Source: Desulfobacterales bacterium (GTDB lineage: Bacteria; Desulfobacterota; Desulfobacteria; Desulfobacterales; UBA2245). From it: a DNA stretch of 64,000 bases. A program made the position numbers and the translations under genes. The notes beneath the pieces were generated by a model. That model worked only from the letters and a program-made list of their open reading frames with translations, was not told where the DNA came from and did no database searches. The DNA is taken from positions 62,001 to 126,000 of the forward strand of contig JAXGZF010000007.1 of assembly GCA_040771865.1 (NCBI GenBank), written 5' to 3'. Positions 16,376-25,879 of the stretch are shown here, piece after piece. Each line of letters starts with the position of its first letter. Within the stretch, counting starts at the first letter, position 1.

Positions 16376-17752
16376 CTATTGACCGAGGTTCATCAGAACA
16401 TCGAGCATCTCGTTGACCGCCTGGGTGAGTCTGGCCGCGGCGTTGTAACCCAGTTGAAATTTCATCAGCTGAATCATTTCCTCATCGAGGGAAACTCCGG
16501 AAACCGAATCCCGCCAGGTTATCAGCTGGTCCATGACGAGATTCTGACGGTCGACGGCGGAACCGGCATTGTTCAGATCCAGGGCGACCTGTCCGATCAT
16601 GGCCGCGTAAGAATCCCCCAGGGTCGCCCCGTTGATCAGGGCGTCTTCATTGATGGCCGCGATGACGCGCGCGTTTTCGCCGTCGCCTCCGCCGGCGGTC
16701 GATGAAGCGGCAATCCGGTCGATATCGGCGGCAATGGCGGCATTGACCGCCAGCGTGGCGGCATCGGTTGCCGGGTCGAAAAAGTTTTCTCCGGCAAGAC
16801 CGTCCGCATCATATCCCGAGCTGTGCTGCGTGTTGACCGCATCGGCCAGGGTTGAGGCCAGGGTGTTGAGCCGGTCAAGGTATCCGGGAATCACCTCATC
16901 GCGGATTTCCAGCAACGCGCCTATCCGTCCGTTGGAAATGCTGCCGGTCACAGCAGTTCCCGAACTTCCCGAGATGACAATGTCCGAAAAAAATCCGTTG
17001 GCGGGATCGCTTTGCAGGCTCAACTCGCGGCTGGCGACTCCTTCCACCAGGGTCTGACCGGATCCCATGTACACATTGAGCGAGCCATCCGTATTTTCGA
17101 ACCAGCTGATATCCATATACCCGGCCAGTTCGTTGATCAGCTCGTCCCGCTGATCGCGCAGCGGATTGACGCTGAGGTTCTGCACATCGGCGGCCTCGAT
17201 CTGGCTGTTGAGCTGGGCAATGCCGGAGAGAATCCCGTTCACGCTGCTGACGGCGTCGGATATGCCGGCTTCCGCCTCATCTCTGGCCAGAATCAGAGAA
17301 GATGCGGCTTCATGAAACGAAACGGTCAGCCGTTCGGAAGCGTCCAGAAGATTTTCCCGTTCAAGCTGGCCGTCCGGATTGAGCGACAGATCATCCCACG
17401 CGTTCCAGAAGCTGTTCATGGCATCGCCCAGAGCGCCGGATGAATCGTTGAAAATGACCTGAACCCCTTCCAGGGCGTTCTTGCGGGCTTCGGCGTAACC
17501 CACGTTCTGCTGCTGAACGGTGATCCGGTCGGCCAGAAACTGATCGTAGGCCCGCTGAATTCCGGTCACCTCAACGCCGAGCCGGACATATCCGGACGAG
17601 GCGTCCGCCGACCCCACGGCGCTCAAGATCGTCTGCTGACGGGAATAACCGGTCGTATTGACGTTGGCGATGTTGGCGCCGGTCACATTGATGGCCGTCT
17701 GCTGACTCAACAGGGCATTGCCGGCGACATTCAAAAGGCTGCTGATGGACAT
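16376..17752 (-). CDS. flgK: Hook-associated protein 1
   Basis: NIANVNTTGYSRQ, LRDQRD, VSGVSLDEE..LMKFQ..YNAAA. Confidence 0.95.
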   Translation of the reverse strand: MSISSLLNVAGNALLSQQTAINVTGANIANVNTTGYSRQQTILSAVGSADASSGYVRLGVEVTGIQRAYDQFLADRITVQQQNVGYAEARKNALEGVQVIFNDSSGALGDAMNSFWNAWDDLSLNPDGQLERENLLDASERLTVSFHEAASSLILARDEAEAGISDAVSSVNGILSGIAQLNSQIEAADVQNLSVNPLRDQRDELINELAGYMDISWFENTDGSLNVYMGSGQTLVEGVASRELSLQSDPANGFFSDIVISGSSGTAVTGSISNGRIGALLEIRDEVIPGYLDRLNTLASTLADAVNTQHSSGYDADGLAGENFFDPATDAATLAVNAAIAADIDRIAASSTAGGGDGENARVIAAINEDALINGATLGDSYAAMIGQVALDLNNAGSAVDRQNLVMDQLITWRDSVSGVSLDEEMIQLMKFQLGYNAAARLTQAVNEMLDVLMNLGQ

Positions 17753-17756
17753 GGAG

Positions 17757-18308
17757 TCATCCTTTCCGGTTGATGAACCTTCCGTTTAAACTATCGACCG
17801 CCACCCGGCCGGTCCGCTGATAAACCGGACTCGGCGACATGAGTCTGGCAAGAAAGTCCAGGGAGTTGTTGACGTGATGCATAGACGCATCGATCAGGCC
17901 CCGATTCTCCTCGTTGATCCGGCCGACCTGGCCGGCCAGGTTCGCGAGCGTCTCCCGGCGATCCTTCAGTGCCCTGCGCTGGTCCTCTTCCAGAAATTGC
18001 GCCAGAATCGAAAAATTGATTTTTTCCTCATCATAATTCAACAGCCTTGCAATCTTCTTGACGATTCCGGTTCGGGCCTCCTCGATCATCCGGGTCTTGA
18101 GCACGATGGTCTCTTTCCTCGCGTTGCTCTGCTGCAAAGATGCCAACGACGGCCGGGTCAGAATGCTTCGCTCCCCCGTGACGGCGGTCAAAAGTTCCCG
18201 GTATATCTCGATCTCCTTTTCAAGAACCGCGAGCAGGGAACCGCACAGCGATGGAATCGCGTGATCCACATTCGGAATGATGTCAAAACCGATCTCCTGT
18301 CTGATCAT
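17757..18308 (-). CDS. flgN: Flagellar export chaperone FlgN
   Basis: Helical protein between flgM and flgK; INEENRGLI..S, Y..TG motif. Confidence 0.8.
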   Translation of the reverse strand: MIRQEIGFDIIPNVDHAIPSLCGSLLAVLEKEIEIYRELLTAVTGERSILTRPSLASLQQSNARKETIVLKTRMIEEARTGIVKKIARLLNYDEEKINFSILAQFLEEDQRRALKDRRETLANLAGQVGRINEENRGLIDASMHHVNNSLDFLARLMSPSPVYQRTGRVAVDSLNGRFINRKG

Positions 18309-18423
18309 TTATCACCTCGATGCAGCATGAAGGAGGCGTGCAGGGGGTTCGCAGGCGCGCCGGGCAGACGCGCCTGCGATCTCGGGGGCGGGGAAAATCT
18401 GCGGAAATTCAGATCGTGACAGC

Positions 18424-18732
18424 TTAAGCAAAAATATCCAGCAACGAGTCTTTCACCATCTTTTCGGCAATTTTTTCACCGCTGACGCTGTAACTTCCCT
18501 CATCTATCCGACGCTTCAAATCCTGAACCTTTTCGTTCCTCACGTCGGAGAGATCCGCCAACGCCTTGCGTATCTGCTGCACATCTTTTGCCGTAGTGGA
18601 AAGGTCGACTCTCTCGGCCGGAGCACCGGCCGTTCCTCCGGCCGTTTTTTCAGAATCCGGTTTCACGTTCTCGGTTCTCTGATATTGCATAACGGCCTGA
18701 GACTGCATGTCTTTGATGTTAGAAATTTTCAT
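18424..18732 (-). CDS. flgM: Anti-sigma28 factor
   Basis: ERVDLS, DVRNEKVQDLKRRIDEGSYSVSGEKIAEKM. Confidence 0.92.
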   Translation of the reverse strand: MKISNIKDMQSQAVMQYQRTENVKPDSEKTAGGTAGAPAERVDLSTTAKDVQQIRKALADLSDVRNEKVQDLKRRIDEGSYSVSGEKIAEKMVKDSLLDIFA

Positions 18733-18761
18733 TTTTCACCTCTTGGCTGTTCCTAACACCA

Positions 18762-18789
18762 CTATCGGCATTCTGTCCATGAAACTTTA
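18762..18789 (-). promoter_or_regulatory. sigma28 promoter for flgM-flgN-flgK-flgL
   Basis: TAAAG-N15-GCCGATAG. Confidence 0.82.
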
Positions 18790-18810
18790 ACGATATTATT
18801 GAAAAAAACT

Positions 18811-19101
18811 CTATTTTTCGCCTTCCCCGCCCATCTGCCGGTAAAGTATCTTTTTAAGCCCGAGCCCCTCGCCTTTTTGCGAAATCTGCTCGGCCAGTTT
18901 CTGATCCATCAGCATGGTAAAAGTGTCTTCCTTTTTAAACAGGCCGCCGTCGGGAACCGTTGCGCGCATGGATTTAAATAAATAGTAGGCAAGAACGGAT
19001 TCAAAATCCGCGCAGGCTTTTTTCAGATCCGCTGAATCCGCAGCCTTTTCCGGAACGGGTTTGATTGCATCGCCGGCAGCCGGGAATTGAATGCCATCCA
19101 T
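18811..19101 (-). CDS. flgJ: Short FlgJ (rod-binding domain only)
   Basis: LKKACADFES..LFKSMRATVP, MDQKLAEQIS, GLGLKKILYRQM; no muramidase domain. Confidence 0.85.
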   Translation of the reverse strand: MDGIQFPAAGDAIKPVPEKAADSADLKKACADFESVLAYYLFKSMRATVPDGGLFKKEDTFTMLMDQKLAEQISQKGEGLGLKKILYRQMGGEGEK

Positions 19102-19127
19102 AACCTTTTCCTCTCTTTTGTCCGCAA

Positions 19128-20300
19128 TCAGATGACCCTGAGTTCCGCCTGAAGCGCTCCGGCCGCCTTGATGGTCTGCAGAATCGTGATCAGATCCCGG
19201 GGTGTAACGCCGATCGCGTTAAGCGCCTGAACGACCTCCTGAATCGTTACGCCCTTGGGGACCACCATCAGCTGCCTGTTTTCCTCCGATACGCCGATGG
19301 TCGTATCCTGGGTCACCACGGTCTGCCCTCCGGGCGCGACGATCGTGCCGGAATCCCTGTCCTTGTATGGAACGCCTCCTTCAGGAGGCGCGGGAGCAAA
19401 GGGCGCGGGCTGGGACACCATGGATTCTTCCTTGATCTGAATGCTCAGATTGCCGTGCGCGATGGCCACGGTGGATATGCGGACGTTCTCGCCCATCACC
19501 ACGGTTCCGGTTTTTTCGTTCAGAACCACAACCGCCTGGGCGTCGACCGGCACATCCAGGTTTTCGACAATCGATATCAGTTCGGTCAGGCTTCCGGAAA
19601 ATCCGTCTTTCAGATTCACCTGCACCGAACAGGAGTCCACAAGACGAACCTCGACTTGTCCCGAAACCCGGCCGACGACTTCGGCCAGGCGGCGGGCGGT
19701 TGTGAAATCGGGCTGCATCAGGTTGATGGTCACGCTCCGGTTTTTCTCGAAATCAAAGGAGAGCGCCCTTTCCACCATGGCGCCGTTGGCGATTCTCCCG
19801 ACGCTGGTGTGGTTCTTGGACGCGCTGGCGCCGGCGCCGCCCGCGGAATAGCCGCCGAGAATGATCGGTCCCTGAGCCACGGCGTAAATATTGCCATCCG
19901 CGCCACGAAGCGGGGTCATCAAAAGCGTGCCGCCCTGAAGACTGGTGGCATCGCCGATGGAAGACACCATCACGTCGAGCTTGGAACCGATCTTGGCAAA
20001 AGGCGGCAGAACGGCCGTGATCATGACCGCGGCGCTGTTGTCCGCCTTGAGGTTTTTATTGTCCTTCATCGCCAGTCCCTGGGCGCTGAGCATGTTGGAA
20101 AGAGACTCCCGGGTAAAACCGTTTTTGACGTCATCACCGGTACCGGCCAGGCCCACCACAAGCCCGTAACCGACCAGCTGATTGTCCCGGACTCCGCCGA
20201 TGGTGGCGATATCCTTCACTCTTGCCGCATATCCGGTGGAAACCGCCGCAATCCATGCAATGAAGACAAGGATGCCGATAATCCTGATCTTTGTATTCAC
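19128..20300 (-). CDS. flgI: P-ring protein
   Basis: ARVKDIA..GVRDNQLVGYGLVVGLAGTGD, SLQGGTLLMTPL, LQTIKAAGALQAEL. Confidence 0.97.
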   Translation of the reverse strand: MNTKIRIIGILVFIAWIAAVSTGYAARVKDIATIGGVRDNQLVGYGLVVGLAGTGDDVKNGFTRESLSNMLSAQGLAMKDNKNLKADNSAAVMITAVLPPFAKIGSKLDVMVSSIGDATSLQGGTLLMTPLRGADGNIYAVAQGPIILGGYSAGGAGASASKNHTSVGRIANGAMVERALSFDFEKNRSVTINLMQPDFTTARRLAEVVGRVSGQVEVRLVDSCSVQVNLKDGFSGSLTELISIVENLDVPVDAQAVVVLNEKTGTVVMGENVRISTVAIAHGNLSIQIKEESMVSQPAPFAPAPPEGGVPYKDRDSGTIVAPGGQTVVTQDTTIGVSEENRQLMVVPKGVTIQEVVQALNAIGVTPRDLITILQTIKAAGALQAELRVI

Positions 20301-20333
20301 GATGCTTCCTTTCCTTCTCTCATGATCCGATTG

Positions 20334-21038
20334 CTAGAATGGCCAGGCCCAGTCCGCTACTCGAGTCAGCCATCCCGGACGCATCTTCTCGTTGATCACG
20401 CCGTTTCCCGTGTAGACGATTCTGGCATCGGCAATGTACTGGGATTCAACGAGGTTGTCGGCGGTGATATCTTCGGGACGGATGACGCCCGTGATGACGA
20501 TGTACTGGGTTTCGGCGTTCACGGTCAGCTGACGCCGCCCCTCGATGGCCAGGTTTCCGTTTTCAAGCACCTGCGTGACGCGGGCGGTGATCTGGGCCTG
20601 CAGGCTTCCATCCCGGCTGGTTTTTCCCGTGCCTTTCATGGAGTTTTCCGAGGTGCCTCCGATTCCGATCTTCCCGCCCATGTTGGCATTGCTTTTAATA
20701 ATCGACGTATCCAGGCCCAGCAGGCTGGTGATGCTGGCATCCGTGCTCGCGCTTCTGCTGGTGTTGACGCTGGCGTTGTTGCCGCCGCTGGAGGACTCAT
20801 GCACGATGATGGTGACAATATCATTCACGTTTCGCGCCCTGCGGTCGACGAACAGCATGTTGAATCTGTTTTCCCCCGGCCAGATCGATCCGGGCGCCGT
20901 TTCGGTTTTTGCCTGAATGGCCTGCGGCAAAACCGGCTCATTCCGAACCTCCTGAACCGTCGGGCCGGCGCAGCCGATCCCTGTCAACATGATTGCCAGG
21001 ACCCACCATGCACACCATCTCATCGCCCTTGTTTTCAT
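20334..21038 (-). CDS. flgH: L-ring lipoprotein
   Basis: Lipobox-like [41 protein letters not shown]. Confidence 0.95.
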   Translation of the reverse strand: MKTRAMRWCAWWVLAIMLTGIGCAGPTVQEVRNEPVLPQAIQAKTETAPGSIWPGENRFNMLFVDRRARNVNDIVTIIVHESSSGGNNASVNTSRSASTDASITSLLGLDTSIIKSNANMGGKIGIGGTSENSMKGTGKTSRDGSLQAQITARVTQVLENGNLAIEGRRQLTVNAETQYIVITGVIRPEDITADNLVESQYIADARIVYTGNGVINEKMRPGWLTRVADWAWPF

Positions 21039-21056
21039 GCCGTTTCCTTATTCAAT

Positions 21057-21794
21057 TCAGAATTTCAGCAGGGTGGTGGAGTCGTTCACCACCCTGGCGT
21101 GTACCATCTTATTGGAAGCCATGTTGCGCACACGGATGGTTTGCCCGACAGCACCGTCCTCCTCGGAAACCCCCATCGCCATGACGCTCATGGGTCCGTT
21201 TTTCAGAACGATTTTCACAATCTTGCCCCGCTTGACCATGATCGCATCCCTGAGCATCCTGCGTTTGATCTCCGTGTTGGGCCGGACGGTTACGGCCATC
21301 TGTTTGCCCGTCACCTCCGATAAATCCGTTGCCGTATCCAGGGGTATTCGCTGCACCCATTTCCGAACCATGCTGACATCATTGGCAGCAATTTTCGTGC
21401 CTCTCTGAATGCTGCGGTTGCTCACCACCATGTTTCGAAGCACCTCCAGGCTGACGCGGACGGTTTTCTCGGCCAGAAGGGCGCCATCGCTGGAAAACCG
21501 GATGACAAAGGAAGCGTCGCCGATGAACCGGTTGTTGCGGTTGGTCTGAACATGGTAGGAATATTTTTCCGCATCCAGGGTCAAATCGGTCAGACGGGAT
21601 AGAAACACCAACCGGACCGTTTCCCTGGGCCAGGGCATATTTTCGTGAATATAGTCCTCAATGATACCGCGAATCCGATCGGCCGAAACCCGGCTTTTCC
21701 CAGCTTCCTGAGCGCACGGCGCCACTTCAGCCAGGACCGGCGCGACCAGAACCATGCTCAATAAGACCCCTGCAATCTGAAAGAATCTTCTCAC
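21057..21794 (-). CDS. flgA: P-ring assembly chaperone
   Basis: Signal peptide, SAF-like region, VKRGKIV, EDGAVGQTIRVRNMASNK. Confidence 0.88.
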   Translation of the reverse strand: MRRFFQIAGVLLSMVLVAPVLAEVAPCAQEAGKSRVSADRIRGIIEDYIHENMPWPRETVRLVFLSRLTDLTLDAEKYSYHVQTNRNNRFIGDASFVIRFSSDGALLAEKTVRVSLEVLRNMVVSNRSIQRGTKIAANDVSMVRKWVQRIPLDTATDLSEVTGKQMAVTVRPNTEIKRRMLRDAIMVKRGKIVKIVLKNGPMSVMAMGVSEEDGAVGQTIRVRNMASNKMVHARVVNDSTTLLKF

Positions 21795-21797
21795 GCG

Positions 21798-22580
21798 CTA
21801 CCTCTTCAAATTGTTGACGATCTCAAGCATGCTGTCCGCCGTCTGAATGGCCTTGGAATTGATCTCGTAGGCCCGCTGGCCCGCGATCATCTTCACCATC
21901 TCGTCAATCACGTTGACGTTGGACATCTCCAGAAAATGCTGGGAGAGCGTTCCCATGCCGTTTTCACCGGGGTTTCCGACAGTCGGATCTCCGGACGCAT
22001 CGGTTTCTTGAAAAAGATTGCGCCCCAGGCTGATCAGACCCGCCGGATTGATGAACTTGGCCAGTTCGATGCGTCCGGTGGCCAGGGATGTTCCCTGAGC
22101 GTCCGTAGCCGACCAGGTGCCGCCGCTGTCTATGGTGAACGTGACGGATTCATCGGACAGCGTGATTTCCGGAATCAAACGCAGCCCTTCTGAATTGCAG
22201 ACATAGCCTTCTGAATCGATTTTGAAGTTCCCCGCCCGGGTGTAAACCGTTTCGCCGTTGTCATCGAGCTGAAAGAATCCGTCTCCCTCTATGGCCCAGT
22301 CAAGGGCATTGCCGGTCTGTTCGTAATCGCCCTGGGTAAACACCTTCTGCGTGGCCACGGTTTTCACTCCCATGCCGATCTCAATGCCGACGGGAAGCTG
22401 GTTGCCCTCGGAAGTTTCGGAACCCGGCTGAACCATCAGCTGATACATCAGGTCCATGAAGTTGGCTCGGGACTTCTTGAAACCGACGGTACTCACGTTG
22501 GCCAGATTGTTGGCCACAACATCCTGGTCCACCTGCTGGGCATTCATTCCGGTTGCGGCTATCCATAAAGACCTTATCAT
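21798..22580 (-). CDS. flgG: Distal rod protein
   Basis: MIRSLWIAATGMNAQQ..VANNLANVST.GFK, YTRAG, LEMSNVN, QRAYEINSKAI. Confidence 0.96.
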   Translation of the reverse strand: MIRSLWIAATGMNAQQVDQDVVANNLANVSTVGFKKSRANFMDLMYQLMVQPGSETSEGNQLPVGIEIGMGVKTVATQKVFTQGDYEQTGNALDWAIEGDGFFQLDDNGETVYTRAGNFKIDSEGYVCNSEGLRLIPEITLSDESVTFTIDSGGTWSATDAQGTSLATGRIELAKFINPAGLISLGRNLFQETDASGDPTVGNPGENGMGTLSQHFLEMSNVNVIDEMVKMIAGQRAYEINSKAIQTADSMLEIVNNLKR

Positions 22581-22591
22581 CGATCTACCTC

Positions 22592-23296
22592 CTAATATAA
22601 TTTTCCAACACGGCTGGTGGAAAGTTCATCCTGATCGGCCATGGTGCGAATCACCTTCTGGTACGCTTCAAATGTGCGCTGAATATCGATCATCATGACC
22701 ATTTCCTTGACGGCGTTGACATTGGAAAGTTCCAGTGATCCGGATTTCACCTGGGGATTTTCCACCGGCGTTTCGCCGGCGTTTCCCGGGTCCGTAAAAA
22801 GACCGGATCCTTTTCGCTGCAGCAACTGCGGGAACTCAAAGCGGACGATTCGAAGGCGTCCCGCCTCGTCGCCGTCCGAGATCACACGGCCCTGGTCGTC
22901 GATGGAAATCCGGTCTCCTTCGACCTGAATGGGGCCGGAAGCGCCGAGTACCTTGTCCCCGGCTGCCGTAACCAGATACCCGTTCTCATCCAAAGCGAAA
23001 TTGCCCTGACGAGTGTAGGCCAGACCGCCCTGACCGGTTTCCACCACGAAAAAGCCGTCATCCTTGAGAGCTGCATCCAGTGGATTGCCCGTTTCCTGCA
23101 GCATGCCGGGCGCAAAATTCACCGCCATCTGACCAGACTCCGGCGCCAGACCGTCGTTCTGGCTCTCACGGGCAAAATTCAGATATTCGGCCTTGAATCC
23201 CGGCGTATTCGCGTTGGCCAGATTGTTGGTCACATGATCGAGCCGGCTCATGGTTCTGGAACAGGCATCTGCAACGTCGTTAACCTGATACGGCAT
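22592..23296 (-). CDS. flgF: Proximal rod protein
   Basis: NNLANANTPGFK, ETGNPLD, YTRQGNF, LELSNVN..EMV. Start moved to 23296 (AGGAG RBS, downstream of the sigma54 site). Confidence 0.9.
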   Translation of the reverse strand: MPYQVNDVADACSRTMSRLDHVTNNLANANTPGFKAEYLNFARESQNDGLAPESGQMAVNFAPGMLQETGNPLDAALKDDGFFVVETGQGGLAYTRQGNFALDENGYLVTAAGDKVLGASGPIQVEGDRISIDDQGRVISDGDEAGRLRIVRFEFPQLLQRKGSGLFTDPGNAGETPVENPQVKSGSLELSNVNAVKEMVMMIDIQRTFEAYQKVIRTMADQDELSTSRVGKLY

Positions 23297-23333
23297 AAAT
23301 GACTCCTGTGCTGAAAGTTTTGCCTCAATAATT

Positions 23334-23349
23334 TGCAATCGACGTGCCA
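23334..23349 (-). promoter_or_regulatory. sigma54 -24/-12 promoter for flgFGAHIJ
   Basis: TGGCAC-GTCGA-TTGCA. Confidence 0.85.
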
Positions 23350-23548
23350 GGGGATGAGAACATGGGGTTCCGAAGATCAGAGTAATTCATATCCATCCAT
23401 TATGACTGATTTTTTAGCAATTCGAAGGATGAATATTTTCTAAAAAATCTTTGGGATCCATCCGGCTGCCTTCATTGGAGCTAACGGAACGGGAAAAATT
23501 TTCCTGTCCGGCAGACAGCCGGGGCAATTCAACGGCAGCCGTTTTATC

Positions 23549-23830
23549 TCAAGCGTCGTCCGAAGGACGCTGCCGGTTGAGACGATAAATAAAGGCAAGA
23601 ATTTCGGCCACGGCCCGGTAAAGTTCAACGGGAATGCGTTCGTCAATATCCAGACGGCAGAGAATCTGAACCAGACCAGCATCGCTTTGAATGGGAATAT
23701 CGTGTTTTCGGGCCGTCTCGATAATCTTTTCGGCGATCAGCCCTCTGCCCTTGGCCGTCAGGCGGGGCGCGACATCCTTGGCGGCATCATATTCGATGGC
23801 GGCGGCCATGATTTTTTCTTTTTTCATCAC
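23549..23830 (-). CDS. Stand-alone FlhB C-terminal (FlhB-CC/FlhX/YlqH-like) protein
   Basis: AAAIEYD..APRLTAKGRGLIAEKII..IPVELYRAVAEILAFIY parallels this window's FlhB after NPTH. Confidence 0.88.
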   Translation of the reverse strand: MMKKEKIMAAAIEYDAAKDVAPRLTAKGRGLIAEKIIETARKHDIPIQSDAGLVQILCRLDIDERIPVELYRAVAEILAFIYRLNRQRPSDDA

Positions 23831-23848
23831 TGTCTCCCGGTTGCAGAT

Positions 23849-24979
23849 TCAGACAAAGAGATTCACCGCATCGCTTTCGAAAGCAGACAGCCGGGCCAGA
23901 TGTTCGGTTCTGCGGCGGGAAATGTCGGGTTCACAAACGCAGACCAACTGATCGACTTTTAGCCCCAGCGTTTTCAAGGCTTCGTTCAGCTGCTCCAGAT
24001 TCCCGGCGATATAGGCCCGGACCTCCGGATTCAGGCACCGGATGCTGCAGCCGACCTGCGCGTCCCTGAACCTGGCCTCGATCATCAAATCGCCCAGGGC
24101 GTCCATATTCAGAAACATCGCCACAGTACAGGATTCGGTCGAACGCTCCGCATCCTTTGACCGCTCCTGGTGAAAAAACACATCAGCCATGGAAAGACCG
24201 GAAGACAGAAGCAGGGGCAGCTGAAACATGAGGACATCATCCCGGGATTGAAGCAGGGTATTGACCAGCTGATGGGTTTCAAGCGACTGAAGACCGTCTT
24301 TCGCAAAAGCGCTCAGCCGGATAGCCGCATCGGATGCCGGCTGTTCTGAATTCCCTGGCTGAAGCTGCTCAGCGATTTTGGCCAGCAGGCCCTTGAGGTT
24401 TCCTCTCCACATCTCGGAACCCGCCACAGGCTGCTGCATTGAATGTTTCAGCAGCCGGTTTTCCAGGTCCAGGCCCAGGGTCGAAACGAACTTTTTGAGA
24501 AAAAGGGGATCGCGTACCGTCTCGTCGGACAGGATCAGCGAGTTGAGTAGCCGGGACATTTCCTGCAGACAGCTGCGAACCCCTTCGGAAAGCGCGCTGT
24601 CGCCCTGTGCGGAAAGCATCTTCCCTGCCTGATCGAACAGCCGCAAAAGCTTGTCCGGGTCGGAGAGAAAGGCCCGCAATCCCTGGTTCATCCGCTGGCT
24701 TTCCGAAGCCTCGCTTCCAATCAAGCGCAGGAGAATCTCAGGCTGTGTCCGCGCCACCTGAACGCGCAGTTTCTGTCCCAGAGACAGGGGAATGGAGGAA
24801 GAAGCGATCATCTGCTGATTCTGCATCGTGATCAGAACCCTGTTTTCAGACAGGATTTCGGCGACCCGGGCTTCCAGAATATCGCCGATAGACAAAATCG
24901 AAGGTTTCTGGCCGGCGTTAATGCCAGAAGCGAAATTTTGAGGAAAGACGGATTCAGGAAGGATATAAATGGAAGACAT
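23849..24979 (-). CDS. FliK-like protein (C-terminal T3S4-like domain)
   Basis: N-terminal beta domain (GDILEARV), FQLPL, MFLNMDALGDL..L..LNEALKTLG; adjacent to the FlhB-CC gene. Confidence 0.65.
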   Translation of the reverse strand: MSSIYILPESVFPQNFASGINAGQKPSILSIGDILEARVAEILSENRVLITMQNQQMIASSSIPLSLGQKLRVQVARTQPEILLRLIGSEASESQRMNQGLRAFLSDPDKLLRLFDQAGKMLSAQGDSALSEGVRSCLQEMSRLLNSLILSDETVRDPLFLKKFVSTLGLDLENRLLKHSMQQPVAGSEMWRGNLKGLLAKIAEQLQPGNSEQPASDAAIRLSAFAKDGLQSLETHQLVNTLLQSRDDVLMFQLPLLLSSGLSMADVFFHQERSKDAERSTESCTVAMFLNMDALGDLMIEARFRDAQVGCSIRCLNPEVRAYIAGNLEQLNEALKTLGLKVDQLVCVCEPDISRRRTEHLARLSAFESDAVNLFV

Positions 24980-25452
24980 CAGGGATTTTCATCTTTGGCC
25001 CGCCCGAGACCGATCACCAGGGCAACCTCGCCTTCGGCCAGGCCGGTGCGTCCGGCAATTTCCCCGGCGCTCAATCCCTCGCGGGCCATCTGAATCACCG
25101 TCTGATATTTGTCTTCGAAGGGACGCTCCTCGATTCGGGAAATTCCTGCATCGAGCTTTTCCGAGCAGGCACGGGAGGTTTCGATCAGAGACTGGAGTCT
25201 TTTTTCACGCTCATCCAGACCATAGGCCAGTTCCTTGAACATTCTCCGGCCTTCGGACAGAGCATCGACAAACCGGGCGCCGGTCTGCTGGGAGTCTTCA
25301 ATCAGCCTTCTGAATTCGAGCATCTGCTCCTGGTCCATGCCGCTCCTTGAGGCAGAGACGTCTTTTTTGAAGCGCCAGAGCAGATAGATGATCACCGCGC
25401 ACAGCAGTATGTCGGCCGCAATCTGAAATCCGATCAACACCTGAATATTCAT
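24979..25452 (-). CDS. Hypothetical membrane-anchored coiled-coil protein with C-terminal HTH-like motif (DUF2802-like)
   Basis: N-terminal TM segment; MAREGLSAGEIAGRTGLAEGEVALV. Confidence 0.7.
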   Translation of the reverse strand: MNIQVLIGFQIAADILLCAVIIYLLWRFKKDVSASRSGMDQEQMLEFRRLIEDSQQTGARFVDALSEGRRMFKELAYGLDEREKRLQSLIETSRACSEKLDAGISRIEERPFEDKYQTVIQMAREGLSAGEIAGRTGLAEGEVALVIGLGRAKDENP

Positions 25453-25453
25453 T

Positions 25454-25759
25454 TCAGACCCTTATGTTGATTCTTCCGAACTCTTTTTCATCATCCTGGC
25501 CCGAGTCCTCATCAACGACATCCTCGGAATGCCGGGCCTGTTTCCGCTTCCGCTCCTGCCTGTCTTTTTCCGTTTGCAGCCGGATCTGCTCGTTCTCCAC
25601 GGATTGACCGACCTTTTCCTTTTGTTCCTGTCTTTCTTTGTTCAGTTCAGCTGCAAAATACTTCTGCTGCATGTCCGAATGTTGCTGCTGAACCTGCTGC
25701 ACTCTTTCGGCGGCATTGGACTGCAGAATGACCTGCTGCATGTCAACGGATCTTAACAT
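25454..25759 (-). CDS. Hypothetical Gln/Glu-rich protein
   Basis: AGGAGG RBS; tightly packed in the operon; ends FGRINIRV. Confidence 0.7.
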   Translation of the reverse strand: MLRSVDMQQVILQSNAAERVQQVQQQHSDMQQKYFAAELNKERQEQKEKVGQSVENEQIRLQTEKDRQERKRKQARHSEDVVDEDSGQDDEKEFGRINIRV

Positions 25760-25879
25760 GTTTACACCTCCTGATGCCCTGCGTCCCGAGCGCCCCCGTT
25801 CTCTTTGTTTTCACCGGCCTGCCAGGGTTTCCAAAACACAGATCGTCAAATTCAGGAGAAATCTTTAATCTGACGCACC

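Noticed and set aside
19455..21323. 622-aa plus-strand ORF
   Set aside because: Antisense shadow of flgI/flgH/flgA with no recognisable motifs; expected in GC-rich coding DNA.
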